Below, piece by piece: positions 22,581 to 31,911 of a stretch of DNA of 64,000 bases. Made by a program: the position numbers and the translations under genes. Origin of the DNA: Clostridiales bacterium (GTDB lineage Bacteria > Bacillota > Clostridia > Oscillospirales > Oscillospiraceae); assembly GCA_022782265.1 (NCBI GenBank), contig JALFOM010000084.1, positions 1,961 to 65,960 of the forward strand. Direction: 5' to 3'. Position 1 is the first letter of the stretch. Every line of letters begins with the position of its first letter. Under the pieces are notes generated by a model that was not told the origin of the DNA, ran no database searches, and saw nothing but the letters and a program-made list of their open reading frames with translations.

Positions 22581-22609
22581 TTGACAAATGTCGAAGGATA
22601 TACTATCCT
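22581..22609 (+). promoter_or_regulatory. putative promoter of the ZIP transporter gene with an overlapping 15-bp palindrome
   Basis: TTGACA (22581-22586), 17-nt spacer, TATCCT (22604-22609). The palindrome AGGATA-TAC-TATCCT lies at 22595-22609. Confidence 0.4.
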
Positions 22610-22635
22610 GCCGTAGAAAAGGATGGTAATGAAAC

Positions 22636-23499
22636 ATGACAATGGTATGGCAAGTGGTTCTGATCACGGCGATCGCCGGTGTGGGCGGAACAGGACTGGG
22701 CGGACTGATCGGCGCGCTGTTCAAAAAGGACAGCAGCCGGATTGTGAGCCTTCTGTTGTCCTTCGCCGGGGGCGTGATGATGGCGGTGGTCTGCTTTGAC
22801 CTGATCAGCAGCGCAATCCTGCCGGAGAACGCCGAAGAGCCCATCAGCGTTTTCATCGTTATGGCCGGCATTCTCTTTGGCTATTGCGTGGTGTATCTGC
22901 TTAACTACATCATCGACAAAAACACAAACCACGAGGTGGCCCATATTGACGCCGGCCACCCCCAGACGGCCGACGATCTGGACGAGCTGATCCACGCCGA
23001 CCACTACGAGGAGCACCGGAAGATGAACAGCTCCTACCAGCTCTTCATTGGTGGGCTGGTCATGGCCGCGGCCATCGCCCTGCACAACCTGCCGGAGGGC
23101 ATGGTCATCGGCGCGACCTACGCGGCGGACGCCGTGGAACTGTCCCCCTCCTCTCTGGGCAGCGGCCTTGTGATGGCGGTGATCATCGGCCTGCACAATA
23201 TCCCCGAGGGCATGGCTGTGGCCGTGCCGCTGATCTCCGGCGGCATGAGCCGGGCCAAGGCGGTGTTGCTCACTGCCGTCACCGGCGCTCCAACGGTCAT
23301 CGGCGCGCTGCTGGGCTTCTGGGTGGGTATGCTCAGCCCCCTGGCCCTGTCCCTCTCGCTGAGCTTTGCCTCCGGCGCCATGCTGTATGTGGTGCTGGGC
23401 GAGCTTCTGCCCGAGGGCATCCTGATGTGGCGCAGCAAAATGCCCGCCTCCGCAACCCTTGTTGGCATTCTGGTGGGCCTGCTCCTTATCTATGTTTAA
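22636..23499 (+). CDS. ZIP-family divalent metal transporter (ZupT-like)
   Basis: 287 aa, multi-TM. A His/Asp-rich loop HEVAHIDAGHPQTADDLDELIHADHYEEH is present, along with the conserved HNLPEG and HNIPEG motifs. Confidence 0.85.
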   Translation: MTMVWQVVLITAIAGVGGTGLGGLIGALFKKDSSRIVSLLLSFAGGVMMAVVCFDLISSAILPENAEEPISVFIVMAGILFGYCVVYLLNYIIDKNTNHEVAHIDAGHPQTADDLDELIHADHYEEHRKMNSSYQLFIGGLVMAAAIALHNLPEGMVIGATYAADAVELSPSSLGSGLVMAVIIGLHNIPEGMAVAVPLISGGMSRAKAVLLTAVTGAPTVIGALLGFWVGMLSPLALSLSLSFASGAMLYVVLGELLPEGILMWRSKMPASATLVGILVGLLLIYV

Positions 23500-23648
23500 T
23501 TGATAGTAAAAGATCCCGCAACCAGCGGCTATATGCCCTGTCTGCGGGGTCTTTTGCTGTAAAGACGCAAAAATTTTTGTTTTCTTTGCAATATCCGCCC
23601 GAAAACGGCGTTAATATGAGTGAAGGCCTTCAGGAAGGAGGAAACGCA

Positions 23649-24206
23649 ATGGAAGATTCCCAGATCGTGGAGCTTTACTGGCAGCGGCAAAGCGCCGCCA
23701 TATCGGAGACCGCGGCAAAATACGGCGCCTACTGCCGCACCGTGGCCTACAACATTCTCTCCAACACCGAGGATTCGGAGGAGTGCGTGAACGACACCTA
23801 CATGAGCGCCTGGAACGCCATGCCGGACAAGCGGCCGGAACGACTGGCCCCTTTTTTGGGGAAGATCACCAGAAACCACGCCCTGTCCCGGATGCGGGGC
23901 CGGGCAAGGCAGAAACGGGGCGGCGGAGAGCTGGCTCTGGCCCTTGATGAGCTGGACAAGTGCATCCCCTCCCCGGCAGACGTGGAGCGGGAAGTGGAGC
24001 GCCGGGAGTTGGCGACGGCCGTGGGCGCGTTTATTGACGGTCTGCCAAATCCGGAGCGGCAGGTTTTTGTCGGCCGTTACTGGTATCTGGCCTCGGTGGA
24101 CGAGATCGCGGAAAAGTTCGGCTTTTCCCGGAGCAAGACGGCCAGTATGCTTTTTCGCTGCCGGAAGAAGCTGCAAAAATTTTTACAACAGGAGGGCTTA
24201 TGCTGA
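23649..24206 (+). CDS. sigma-70 family (ECF-like) sigma factor, chromosomal copy
   Basis: ATG at 23649 after AGGAAGGAGG. IVELYWQRQSAAISETAAKYGAYCRTVAYNILSNTEDSEECVNDTYMSAW is a paralogue of 8115-8687. Confidence 0.85.
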   Translation: MEDSQIVELYWQRQSAAISETAAKYGAYCRTVAYNILSNTEDSEECVNDTYMSAWNAMPDKRPERLAPFLGKITRNHALSRMRGRARQKRGGGELALALDELDKCIPSPADVEREVERRELATAVGAFIDGLPNPERQVFVGRYWYLASVDEIAEKFGFSRSKTASMLFRCRKKLQKFLQQEGLC

Positions 24207-25903
24207 ATTCCGAAGCGCTCATTGCCGCCATGAGCGATATTGACGAGCGGCACATTGTGGAAGCCGGGCAGATGCTGGGCTATACGGGCCAGAAAGGAAA
24301 AAACGGACGGAAAAAGGCCCTGCGGGTGCTGCTGATCGCCGCGGCCATCAGCGTACTCTTCGCCGCCACCGCCGCCGCCACCGGCTGGTTCGGCTTTTCT
24401 TCCCGTGTAACGCCTGCGGAAGACCCTTTGGGCCTCTCCGAGGGCGGGTACATCTCCATGAACGATTACGCGGACTCGCCTGCCGGGCAGGCTCATGCCG
24501 AGTGGTGCCGGTTCTGGGAAGAATATGTGCGCAGTCATGAATTTGAAAATTACGATGATCTGAGCTGGCTGGGCGGCAACGAGGAGCTGGAAAGCTATTA
24601 TCACATCTACGCGGCCTATGATCAGGCAATGATGGACAAGCTGCTGGAGATCCGGGATCAATACGGGATCTCTTTACACACAGAAGCGGTAAATGTGCCG
24701 AATCTGGAATATTTCTACAAAGTACTGGGAATAGAGCCGTTCATCGACGAAAGTCTCAAATCTTCCCTTTTCCCGAAAGCCATCTATGAAGACGGTTCCT
24801 TCTCCGCCGAGGGGTCGATTTACTTTGGCGAGTATTCCTACTTGTTCAGCCTCATCAAAGGCATGAAAGGGGTTCTGGACCCCAGCTTTAATTACCTGTA
24901 TCGCGCAGAGGATTATCAGGAATGGCAATACACCACAGATAAGGGGCTGCTTCTCAATCTGGCGGTGTACACCGGCCCCATTGACCGGGGAGCCCTTGAC
25001 TGTTTTATCTTCTGCGAGGGGAAGGACTGTCTGGTCACCATCTTCGGTTCACTCCCCTGTGCGGAGGACAGCTTCCGCGCCGTGGAGGAATACGCGGAGC
25101 TTTTTGACTACGGCATCCTCTGCAACGCAAAGCCCGATCTGTCCTCCGTTCTCAACACGGCGCCCACCGTGGTTAAGCCGAAAGGGGAGCTGCTGACGCT
25201 GGCCGACTGGGTGGAGACCGATGAATATAAGGCTGCAACGGAGTTTCAGATGATCTTCCGGGATTACACCGAAGCGACGGGGGAATTTGAATACGCAGTA
25301 AAAGGCTACCCCGCTTTCTTCTACTACGGCGGCTTTCCCACAGGCCTCAGCTCCATTGACGAGGCGTATAACCGCATTCTTGAAGAATACGCGCTTCAGC
25401 CTGCCGGAAAGGCGGAGGCCGTCTGGGGTGGTCAAAAGGTCCCGGCGGAGTATATTCGCGCCGATCAGGGGCTCAAGTGCCCGGAGGGTGTTGATTATAC
25501 CAGCTTTCCCTATCTCTCAGTAGAGGAGATTTATGAAATCTTGGGCTGCGGCGACTTCTTCACCGGCGATGAGTCAATCAATCTTGCCATTGCCTACAAT
25601 AACGGTGCTTTTCTCTGCTACAACAACAGGGTATATGTTCATTATATCCCCAAGGGCTGCTTCTATCCTCTGATGCGTTATTGTCTGCACCCGGAGATGG
25701 AGGGCTGGGCCTATGACACCGCCTGCGGCGAGCAGGTGTATATCACCCAGGCAGGGGAAATGGTGTACCCGGTGGGCGGATACAGTACAATTCTCTACGA
25801 GACGGACCGGGCCTATGTGATTGCGCTGAACGAATCCGGCCAAAACGAACCCTACTATCTGGAGCTGCTGGCGGACAGCATTGATTTTACCAAATTCAAA
25901 TAA
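24200..25903 (+). CDS. single-pass membrane protein coupled to the sigma factor (putative anti-sigma factor) with a large extracytoplasmic domain
   Basis: 567 aa. The ATG overlaps the sigma gene stop. The N-terminus MLNSEALIAAMSDIDERHIVEAGQMLGY parallels 8666-9736. TM helix: VLLIAAAISVLFAATAAA. Confidence 0.55.
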   Translation: MLNSEALIAAMSDIDERHIVEAGQMLGYTGQKGKNGRKKALRVLLIAAAISVLFAATAAATGWFGFSSRVTPAEDPLGLSEGGYISMNDYADSPAGQAHAEWCRFWEEYVRSHEFENYDDLSWLGGNEELESYYHIYAAYDQAMMDKLLEIRDQYGISLHTEAVNVPNLEYFYKVLGIEPFIDESLKSSLFPKAIYEDGSFSAEGSIYFGEYSYLFSLIKGMKGVLDPSFNYLYRAEDYQEWQYTTDKGLLLNLAVYTGPIDRGALDCFIFCEGKDCLVTIFGSLPCAEDSFRAVEEYAELFDYGILCNAKPDLSSVLNTAPTVVKPKGELLTLADWVETDEYKAATEFQMIFRDYTEATGEFEYAVKGYPAFFYYGGFPTGLSSIDEAYNRILEEYALQPAGKAEAVWGGQKVPAEYIRADQGLKCPEGVDYTSFPYLSVEEIYEILGCGDFFTGDESINLAIAYNNGAFLCYNNRVYVHYIPKGCFYPLMRYCLHPEMEGWAYDTACGEQVYITQAGEMVYPVGGYSTILYETDRAYVIALNESGQNEPYYLELLADSIDFTKFK

Positions 25904-25912
25904 GCGCATCGT

Positions 25913-25950
25913 CTATCCTCCTGGGCTGTGCATGGGAGGATAGTTTTTTT
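25913..25950 (+). terminator. rho-independent terminator
   Basis: ctatcctcc ... ggaggatag followed by T7. Confidence 0.7.
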
Positions 25951-26055
25951 GTCCGATTCTCGCTTTTCGGGAGAGATTTTCGCTTTAAGGGCTGGTTTTT
26001 TTCCTCTTTCTTTCGTAGAATACAGGTAAACAAGACCGCTTACGGAGGAAAAAAG

Positions 26056-27270
26056 ATGGAACGGAAAACCATGGGCAGCTTCATTTCCGCCCTGCGCAAA
26101 GCACAGGGCTTGACCCAGCGGGAGCTGGCGGAGCGGCTGAACGTCTCGGACAAGGCCGTCAGCCGCTGGGAACGGGACGAGAGCGCCCCGGACCTGAGCC
26201 TGATCCCCGTGATTGCAGAGATTTTCGGCGTCACCGCCGACGAGCTTCTGCGGGGCGAGCGGGCAGACCCTGCCTCCGGGAATCCCGCCCGCGGGGCGGA
26301 AAAGCGGGAACGGGAGATCCGGCGACTGGCCCGTTCCGTAAGCACCGGCTTTCGTATACAGAGCATCATCTCCGCCGGGATTGCCCTGGCGGGCCTTGTG
26401 GCCGCCATGATTTTGAACTTCGGTTTTCTGCGGGCCTACGCGGGCTTTTTCGCCGCCTGCGTGTTCTTCATCGCGGCTGCCGTCTGCGAAGGGGCCTTTC
26501 TCCTCCGCTCCCGTTTTGCCCTGGCCGACAGCCTTGACGATGAGGCTGTTTCCCGCTGCCGGAGCGCCCTTACTGTCACGGCGGAGCTGGTCTTCTCCTT
26601 TATTCTGGTCCTGTTTGCCGCCGCTCTGCCCCTGATCCTGCTGGCGCCCTACGCCGAGGTGGGGCTTACCGGCGAGACCTGGCTGAAATACGCTCTGCCT
26701 GCCGCTGCCGCCGGGGCGCTGCTGTGCTTTGTTTTCTGTCTGCTTATGCAGTTGGTCCATGCCGTGCAGAGGAAGGACAGCCGGAAAGGGCGGCTTTTGA
26801 AAACCTCGCTTATCACAGCTGCAGCGCTGCTGCTGACCCTGGTTTTACATCTGGCGCTCTGTTCCGACTTCATGCGCTACACGGAGGGGATCGAATTTCA
26901 GGATTTCTCGAAATTCATCAACTATATGGAGACAATCTTGCCGGACCCGGAGGGCCGGTACTATTACGACATGCCCGGCTATTGCCTCGACGAAGACGAA
27001 AACCGGATTTCCCGCTCAGCCTATCTGACCGAAACCGTCTGCAGCCCCTCCGGGCAGGCGCTGTTCTCTTACTTAAACAAAAATATGGACGTCGCCGGGA
27101 TAAGCTATCACTGGAAGGGCGATACCTTGCTGGAGATCAAGGTCTGCACTTGGGCCCAGGCGGAGGAGGCAAAGGCCGTCATGCAGAAGGTCAGCGCCGC
27201 CTTTTACGCTTTTTACGCCCTGGAGCTGGGGGCAAGCCTGCTGCTGTTTTTCCGCAGGAAAAAGAAGTAG
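26056..27270 (+). CDS. XRE-family HTH protein with multiple TM helices
   Basis: 404 aa. The HTH ALRKAQGLTQRELAERLNVSDKAVSRWERD is followed by about five hydrophobic helices. Confidence 0.75.
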   Translation: MERKTMGSFISALRKAQGLTQRELAERLNVSDKAVSRWERDESAPDLSLIPVIAEIFGVTADELLRGERADPASGNPARGAEKREREIRRLARSVSTGFRIQSIISAGIALAGLVAAMILNFGFLRAYAGFFAACVFFIAAAVCEGAFLLRSRFALADSLDDEAVSRCRSALTVTAELVFSFILVLFAAALPLILLAPYAEVGLTGETWLKYALPAAAAGALLCFVFCLLMQLVHAVQRKDSRKGRLLKTSLITAAALLLTLVLHLALCSDFMRYTEGIEFQDFSKFINYMETILPDPEGRYYYDMPGYCLDEDENRISRSAYLTETVCSPSGQALFSYLNKNMDVAGISYHWKGDTLLEIKVCTWAQAEEAKAVMQKVSAAFYAFYALELGASLLLFFRRKKK

Positions 27271-27281
27271 ATCCTGATGGT

Positions 27282-27310
27282 TTTACTTTTCTGTCTCTCC
27301 GTGATATAAT
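27282..27310 (+). promoter_or_regulatory. putative extended -10 promoter of rarA
   Basis: TTTACT (27282-27287), 17-nt spacer, TGaTATAAT ending at 27310. Confidence 0.4.
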
Positions 27311-27343
27311 AAAACGATTCTGAATGTGAACGGAGGGCGGCCC

Positions 27344-28594
27344 ATGTACAAGCCGTTGGCAGACGAGATAAGACCCAAATCCCTGGACGATGTGGTGGGC
27401 CAGCGCCATATTCTGGGCCGGGACGGGATGCTGCGCCGCATTGTGGAGAGCGGGCAGATCCCCAACATGATCTTCTACGGCCCCTCCGGCACCGGCAAGA
27501 CCACCGTGGCACGCATTATCGCGGAGCGCACCAACCGCACCTTGCGAAAGCTCAACGCCACCACCGCCGGCATTGCCGACATCAAGCAGATCATCGCGGA
27601 GCTTGACACCATGCTGACCCCCGGCGGCGTGCTGCTCTATCTGGACGAGATCCAGTATTTCAACAAGAAACAGCAGCAGTCTCTGCTGGAATTTATCGAG
27701 GACGGGCGGATCACCCTCATCGCCTCCACCACGGAAAACCCCTATTTCTGCGTGTTCAACGCCATTCTCAGCCGCTCCACGGTGTTTGAGTTCAAGCCCG
27801 TCACGGCGAAAGAGGCGGAGGGCGCGGTACAGCGGGCCATCGGCATCATGAACGCCCGGCGGGAGAGCCCTCTCAGCCTTGAGCCGGGGGTGCTGCGGCA
27901 CATCGCCGCCTCCTGCGGCGGAGACGTACGAAAGGCCATGAACTCCGTGGAGCTGCTGTTTTCCGCCGCGGGAGACAAGGACAGCATCAGTCTTGCCGAC
28001 GCCAAGGCCATCTCCCAGCGCAGCGCCATGCGCTATGACCGGGACGGGGACGACCATTTTGACATTCTTTCTGCTTTGATGAAATCCCTTCGGGGTTCTG
28101 ACCCGGACGCCGCCATGCACTACCTGGCAAGGCTGCTGGAGGCGGGGGATCTTGTGGGTGCCTGCCGCCGCATCCTCTGCTCCGCCAGCGAGGACATCGG
28201 CCTTGCCTATCCCCAGGCGGTTCCCATTGTGAAAGCCTGTGTGGACTCCGCCTTGCAGCTGGGTCTGCCGGAGGCCAGGCTCCCCCTGGCGGAGGCCTGC
28301 CTGCTGCTGGCCACCGCGCCCAAATCCAACTCCGCCTGCATGGCCATCGACCGGGCCCTTGCCGACGTGCGCGCCGGCCGCACCGGCAGCATCCCCAGAG
28401 AGCTGCAGAACGTCCACGCTGACGGCACCGGCTTTGAGCGGGAACAGGGCTACAAATATCCCCATAATTTCAACGGTCACTGGGTAAAGCAGCAGTATCT
28501 GCCCGACGAGATCAAAAACGCGAAATACTACGAGTACGGCGACAACAAGACCGAACAGGCCGCCAAGCGCTACTGGGACGAGGTGAAAAAGTAA
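27344..28594 (+). CDS. rarA: replication-associated recombination protein A (AAA+ ATPase)
   Basis: ATG at 27344 after GGAGGG. Contains MYKPLADEIRPKSLDDVVGQ, Walker A GPSGTGKTT, Walker B LLYLDEIQYFN and a MgsA C-domain. Confidence 0.9.
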   Translation: MYKPLADEIRPKSLDDVVGQRHILGRDGMLRRIVESGQIPNMIFYGPSGTGKTTVARIIAERTNRTLRKLNATTAGIADIKQIIAELDTMLTPGGVLLYLDEIQYFNKKQQQSLLEFIEDGRITLIASTTENPYFCVFNAILSRSTVFEFKPVTAKEAEGAVQRAIGIMNARRESPLSLEPGVLRHIAASCGGDVRKAMNSVELLFSAAGDKDSISLADAKAISQRSAMRYDRDGDDHFDILSALMKSLRGSDPDAAMHYLARLLEAGDLVGACRRILCSASEDIGLAYPQAVPIVKACVDSALQLGLPEARLPLAEACLLLATAPKSNSACMAIDRALADVRAGRTGSIPRELQNVHADGTGFEREQGYKYPHNFNGHWVKQQYLPDEIKNAKYYEYGDNKTEQAAKRYWDEVKK

Positions 28595-28771
28595 ATGGAC
28601 ATTCAGGTTGGAGACGTCCTCACCATGAAAAAAGCCCACCCCTGCGGCAGCAAGCAGTGGCAGGTGCTGCGCATCGGGGCGGACTTCAAGCTGCGCTGCT
28701 GCGGCTGCGGCCACGAGGTCATGGGCCCCCGGTCGAAATTTGAAAAGAATGTGCGGCAAGTGCAGCGATGA
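28595..28771 (+). CDS. DUF951-family small protein
   Basis: 58-aa ORF below the track cut-off. MDIQVGDVLTMKKAHPCGSKQWQVLRIGADFKLRCCGCGHEVMGPRSKFEKN matches my memory of DUF951. It starts 1 nt after the rarA stop and overlaps the next gene by ATGA. Confidence 0.7.
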   Translation: MDIQVGDVLTMKKAHPCGSKQWQVLRIGADFKLRCCGCGHEVMGPRSKFEKNVRQVQR

Positions 28772-29016
28772 ACTATGTCTATATGCTCCGCTGCCGGGAC
28801 GGCAGCCTGTACACCGGCTGGACCAACGACCTGGAAAAGCGGCTGAAAGCCCACAACAGCGGCTCCGCCTCAAAATATACCCGGACGAGACTTCCGGCAG
28901 AGCTGGTGTATTTTGAGGAATGGGAGAGCAAAGAGGCCGCCATGAGCCGGGAATGGCACATCAAACGACTTAGCAGAGAAGAAAAACTGAAATTGATCGA
29001 AAACAGGTCAACCTGA
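28768..29016 (+). CDS. GIY-YIG nuclease family protein (small, YhbQ-like)
   Basis: 82 aa. YVYMLRCRDGSLYTGWTNDLEKRLKAHN is the GIY-YIG motif. Confidence 0.8.
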   Translation: MNYVYMLRCRDGSLYTGWTNDLEKRLKAHNSGSASKYTRTRLPAELVYFEEWESKEAAMSREWHIKRLSREEKLKLIENRST

Positions 29017-29100
29017 ACGCAGTGAAGGATCCCGTAAACAGAAGGTCAAGGCTCTGAATACGGGACCCTTCGTCGCATCGCTCCTCAGGATGACTTTTTG

Positions 29101-30126
29101 TTATATCAGAGCTTCCAGCTCATCCAGCTCCTCGTCGGTGGTGGCCCAGCTGGTGCAGAAGCGGGCTACCGTGTGCTTTTCGTCCGGCTTTTCCCAGACG
29201 GTGAAGCGCACATGCTGCCTCAGCTCCTCCGCTTTTTCGTCCGGCAGGACAATAAACTGCTGATTGGTGGGCGAGTCCAGATAAAAGGCATAGCCCCGCT
29301 TGCGGAACATCTGCTTCAGCCGCTCCGCCTTTTCTATGGCATGGCTGCCAATGGCAAAATACAGCCTGTCGGTAAACAGGGCGTCAAACTGTACGCCCAG
29401 CAGCCGCCCCTTGGCCAGCATGGCCCCCCGCTGCTTAATGAGCGTGGGAAAATGCTCCGGGGCATTTTTGTGGGTGAACACCAGGGCCTCGCCGCAGAGC
29501 GCACCCACCTTGGTCCCGCCGATATAGAATACGTCGCACAGACGGGCGATATCTTCAAGGCTCAGGTCCGTGCTCCGGCTCATCAGGCCGTAGCCCAGCC
29601 GGGCCCCGTCCAGAAACAGGGGCAGGTCATAGCGGCGGCAGACCTGGAACAGGCTCTCCAGCTCCGCCTTGCTGTACAAAGTTCCGTACTCCGTGGGGTG
29701 GGAAATGTAAACCATGCCCGGAAAGACCATGTGCTCATGGCTCTCGTCGGCGTAAAAGCTTTTGATCCAGGCCTCCAGCTCCAACCGGTCAATTTTGCCC
29801 TCGTGCTGGGGCAGGGTCAGCACCTTGTGGCCGGAATACTCAATCGCTCCGGCCTCGTGGCCGTTTACATGGCCGGTGACGGCGGAGAGCACCCCCTCAT
29901 AGGAGCGGAGCAGGGAGGAGATCACCACCTGGTTGGTCTGGGTGCCGCCGGAGATGAAAAAGACCTCCGCCTCCGGGCAGGCGCAGGCCGCGCGGATCTT
30001 CTCCGCCGCGCTGCGGCAGAAATCGTCGTTGCCGTAGCCCGGCTGTCTGATCAGATTGGTGTCCATCAACGCTTTGAGAACCAGCGGATGGGCCCCGACG
30101 TTATAGTCGTTTTCAAATGAGAGCAT
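29101..30126 (-). CDS. threonine aldolase / beta-eliminating lyase family PLP enzyme
   Basis: Start at MLSFENDY (30126) with GGAGGCA upstream. The sequence GGTQTNQ...DGARL...GGTKVG fits fold-type I threonine aldolases. Confidence 0.75.
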   Translation of the reverse strand: MLSFENDYNVGAHPLVLKALMDTNLIRQPGYGNDDFCRSAAEKIRAACACPEAEVFFISGGTQTNQVVISSLLRSYEGVLSAVTGHVNGHEAGAIEYSGHKVLTLPQHEGKIDRLELEAWIKSFYADESHEHMVFPGMVYISHPTEYGTLYSKAELESLFQVCRRYDLPLFLDGARLGYGLMSRSTDLSLEDIARLCDVFYIGGTKVGALCGEALVFTHKNAPEHFPTLIKQRGAMLAKGRLLGVQFDALFTDRLYFAIGSHAIEKAERLKQMFRKRGYAFYLDSPTNQQFIVLPDEKAEELRQHVRFTVWEKPDEKHTVARFCTSWATTDEELDELEALI

Positions 30127-30319
30127 AGCTTGCCTCCTGATTTTTTCGATGTTATAATAAATTATTATATCGCTGACGCCGCCCGGTGTAAAGAGACAGG
30201 AAGATTCCGGCGCGGGAATTAACATTTTTCCATTGTTCATAAGTGTTGAAATTTCAACACTATCATCCCGGTTCAACCGTTACAATGAGCACGACAGCAA
30301 AAGAAAGGAGTCTGATGAC

Positions 30320-31012
30320 ATGTTCAGAAGGATAATTAAAATAGATGAGGAAAAATGCAGCGGCTGCGGTCTGTGCGTCCGTGCCTGCCACGAGGGGGCC
30401 ATCGGTCTGGTAAACGGCAAGGCCAGGCTCATGCGGGAGGATTACTGCGACGGTCTGGGGGATTGTCTGCCTGCCTGCCCGGAAAACGCCATCTCCTTTG
30501 AGGAGCGGGAGGCCCCTGCCTATAACGAGGCGGCGGTGCTGGCCGCGAAGAAAAACGCCGGTCAGTCCGGCTGCCCGGGTGCTGCCCTGCGGGCTATTAC
30601 CCGGGAGGCTTCTTCCGTTGAACGGGAGGCCGCCCCTGTTTCCCCGGTAAGCCGGCTGCGTCAATGGCCGGTACAGATCAAGCTCGTCCCGGTCAACGCC
30701 CCCTTCTTTAACGGGGCGGATCTGCTGATCGCGGCGGACTGCACGGCCTATGCCTACGGCCGTTTCCACGAGGATTTCATCCGCGGCCGCATCTGCCTGA
30801 TCGGCTGCCCTAAGCTGGACCAGACGGACTACGCGGAAAAGCTGGCGGAGATCTTTGCCGCCAATGACATCAAAAGCATCACCCTGGCCCGGATGCAGGT
30901 TCCCTGCTGCGGCGGTCTGGAAAAGGCCGTGATGCGGGCGCTCCTTGCCAGCGGAAAATCCATCCCCTGCCAGGTAAAAGTCATCTCTTCCGAGGGAAAA
31001 ATCATCAATTAA
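30320..31012 (+). CDS. 4Fe-4S dicluster domain protein
   Basis: ATG at 30320 after AAAGGAG. Contains CSGCGLCVRAC and CDGLGDCLPACP ferredoxin motifs. Confidence 0.75.
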   Translation: MFRRIIKIDEEKCSGCGLCVRACHEGAIGLVNGKARLMREDYCDGLGDCLPACPENAISFEEREAPAYNEAAVLAAKKNAGQSGCPGAALRAITREASSVEREAAPVSPVSRLRQWPVQIKLVPVNAPFFNGADLLIAADCTAYAYGRFHEDFIRGRICLIGCPKLDQTDYAEKLAEIFAANDIKSITLARMQVPCCGGLEKAVMRALLASGKSIPCQVKVISSEGKIIN

Positions 31013-31029
31013 GCGGTTTAAAGACCCTG

Positions 31030-31058
31030 TTGACAGATGTTTGCTTATCGTGTATAAT
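31030..31058 (+). promoter_or_regulatory. consensus sigma-A promoter upstream of cysE
   Basis: TTGACA (31030-31035), 17-nt spacer, TGtTATAAT ending at 31058. A leader of about 117 nt precedes the ATG. Confidence 0.6.
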
Positions 31059-31175
31059 CCTTTTGTCCTATTTTTTTAGTAGGAATTGATTTCGTTCGGA
31101 GCGGTTTATGGTTTACCCTATTCGCCGATGTTCCTCCTGCCGCATAAACTATTTACGACAGGAAGGGATAAGAGG

Positions 31176-31814
31176 ATGTTTAACAACTTAAAAGAAATCG
31201 TTGAGGCCTATAAGGCCAGAGACCCGGCTGCCCGCAGTGCGCTTGAGATCTTGCTGCTGTACCCCGGCGTGAGAGCCGTAAGGAGCCACAGGAAAGCCCA
31301 CTGGTGTTATGAGCATGGGCTGAAATTTCTGGCCCGGCTGATCTCCCAGCGCAGCCGCCACCGTACCGGCATTGAGATTCACCCCGGCGCCAAGATCGGT
31401 AAGCGTCTGGTCATTGACCACGGCATGGGTATCGTCATCGGCGAGACGGCAGAGATCGGCGATGACTGCCTGATTTACCACGGCGTAACCCTGGGCGGCA
31501 CCGGCAAGGACGTGGGCAAGCGCCACCCCACCATCGGAAACAACGTGCTGATCGGCACCGGCGCGAAGGTTCTGGGCCCCTTCAAGGTGGGGGACAACAG
31601 CCGCATTGCCGCAAACTCCGTGGTGCTGAGCGAGATCCCGCCCAACAGCACCGCCGTGGGCGTACCCGCCCGGGTGGTGAAGGTAGACGGGCGCAAGGTC
31701 AACTACGTGGGTGACGTGGACCAGATCAGCGTTGCCGACCCGGTCAGCTCCGAGCTTGCCGCTATCCGCAGAGCCCTGGGCGAGATCAGCGAAAAACTGG
31801 ATAATCTGAATTGA
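31176..31814 (+). CDS. cysE: serine O-acetyltransferase
   Basis: Start at MFNNLKEIVEAY (31176). Contains DPAARSALEILLLYPG and hexapeptide repeats GIEIHPGAKIGKRLVIDHGMGIVIGETAEIG. Confidence 0.9.
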   Translation: MFNNLKEIVEAYKARDPAARSALEILLLYPGVRAVRSHRKAHWCYEHGLKFLARLISQRSRHRTGIEIHPGAKIGKRLVIDHGMGIVIGETAEIGDDCLIYHGVTLGGTGKDVGKRHPTIGNNVLIGTGAKVLGPFKVGDNSRIAANSVVLSEIPPNSTAVGVPARVVKVDGRKVNYVGDVDQISVADPVSSELAAIRRALGEISEKLDNLN

Positions 31815-31834
31815 TTCTGCTATTTTTGAAAAAA

Positions 31835-31860
31835 CCTGCATCTTTCGATGCAGGTTTTTT
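31835..31860. terminator. bidirectional terminator between convergent cysE and the K+ uptake operon
   Basis: cctgcatc-tttc-gatgcagg, flanked by A6 upstream and T6 downstream. Confidence 0.75.
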
Positions 31861-31911
31861 CAACATTTCAGCGTATTTCCGATAAAAAGAAGAGACTTTT
31901 TATTGAAAAAT

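Noticed and set aside
22589-22595. Spo0A 0A box TGTCGAA in the ZIP transporter promoter
   Set aside because: A single 7-mer is expected by chance several times in 64 kb on two strands, and there is no cluster.
31059-31175. T-box or other riboswitch in the 117-nt cysE leader
   Set aside because: I found no T-box consensus (AAnnnGGGTGGTACCGCG-like) and no terminator/antiterminator pair. There is only a weak hairpin near the RBS, which is not enough to call an RNA element.
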